The notes beneath the pieces are model-generated. The model was not told where the DNA came from and made no database searches. It was given only the letters and a program-made list of their open reading frames with translations. Shown here one piece after another: positions 6,655-6,806 of a DNA stretch of 6,806 nucleotides. The position numbers and the translations under genes were made by a program. The stretch is from a virus (taxonomy: Duplodnaviria; Heunggongvirae; Uroviricota; Caudoviricetes). Positions within the stretch are counted from its first letter, which is position 1. Every line of letters begins with the position of its first letter. Location of the stretch: the IMG/VR virus record IMGVR_UViG_2563366964_000004; one strand, given 5' to 3'.

Positions 6655-6806
6655 TGGATATCGGCTGGGTTTTAATTCTTATTATTTTTTATTTTCACCT
6701 GGGCTGGTGTTGGGTCAGCGTCCTGGAACGTATTAATCCAGATTACGTCTGGTCACCTCTCAAGCACACCGCTGCACTGCTCCTTTGGCCATTCAGTCTA
6801 ATCCTT
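6654..6806 (+). CDS. Partial CDS (3' end off-window): small hydrophobic, probably membrane protein
   Basis: ATG 6654 overlaps the upstream stop (TAATG). Open to the window end (51 codons) with no stop. Translation MDIGWVLILIIFYFHLGWCWVSVLERINPDYVWSPLKHTAALLLWPFSLIL has two hydrophobic stretches consistent with transmembrane segments. Not in the ORF track, presumably because it is truncated. Confidence 0.35.
   Translation, partial: MDIGWVLILIIFYFHLGWCWVSVLERINPDYVWSPLKHTAALLLWPFSLIL

Noticed and set aside
1-6806. CRISPR array, tRNA/rRNA genes, IS element with terminal inverted repeats
   Set aside because: No regularly spaced direct repeats, no tRNA-like cloverleaf regions, and the transposase is MuA-type inside a phage operon rather than bounded by inverted repeats in the window.

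Overview
The window reads as the early (left-end) region of a Mu-like transposable prophage, probably in an enterobacterial host (about 50% GC, enteric-style codon usage). All supported genes are on the + strand and tightly packed, mostly with overlapping stop/start codons. The order is ner-like regulator, Mu-type DDE transposase A, AAA+ transposition ATPase B, then a run of small accessory genes that corresponds in position to Mu's semi-essential early region. After the only real intergenic gap (4786-4865) there is a chain of five genes, each overlapping the next: a DUF2786-like protein, a protein with a MazG-like C-terminal half, a DUF4406 / nucleoside 2-deoxyribosyltransferase-like protein, a 71-aa basic protein, and a partial small membrane protein. 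The most interesting candidate is the MazG-like + DUF4406 pair, which I hypothesise acts on nucleotides (sanitising, or countering nucleotide-based host defence). The c repressor, operators and attL should lie upstream of position 1 and are not in the window. I found no rRNA, tRNA, CRISPR array or IS element. Family assignments are from motif recognition by eye and memory; no searches were run.
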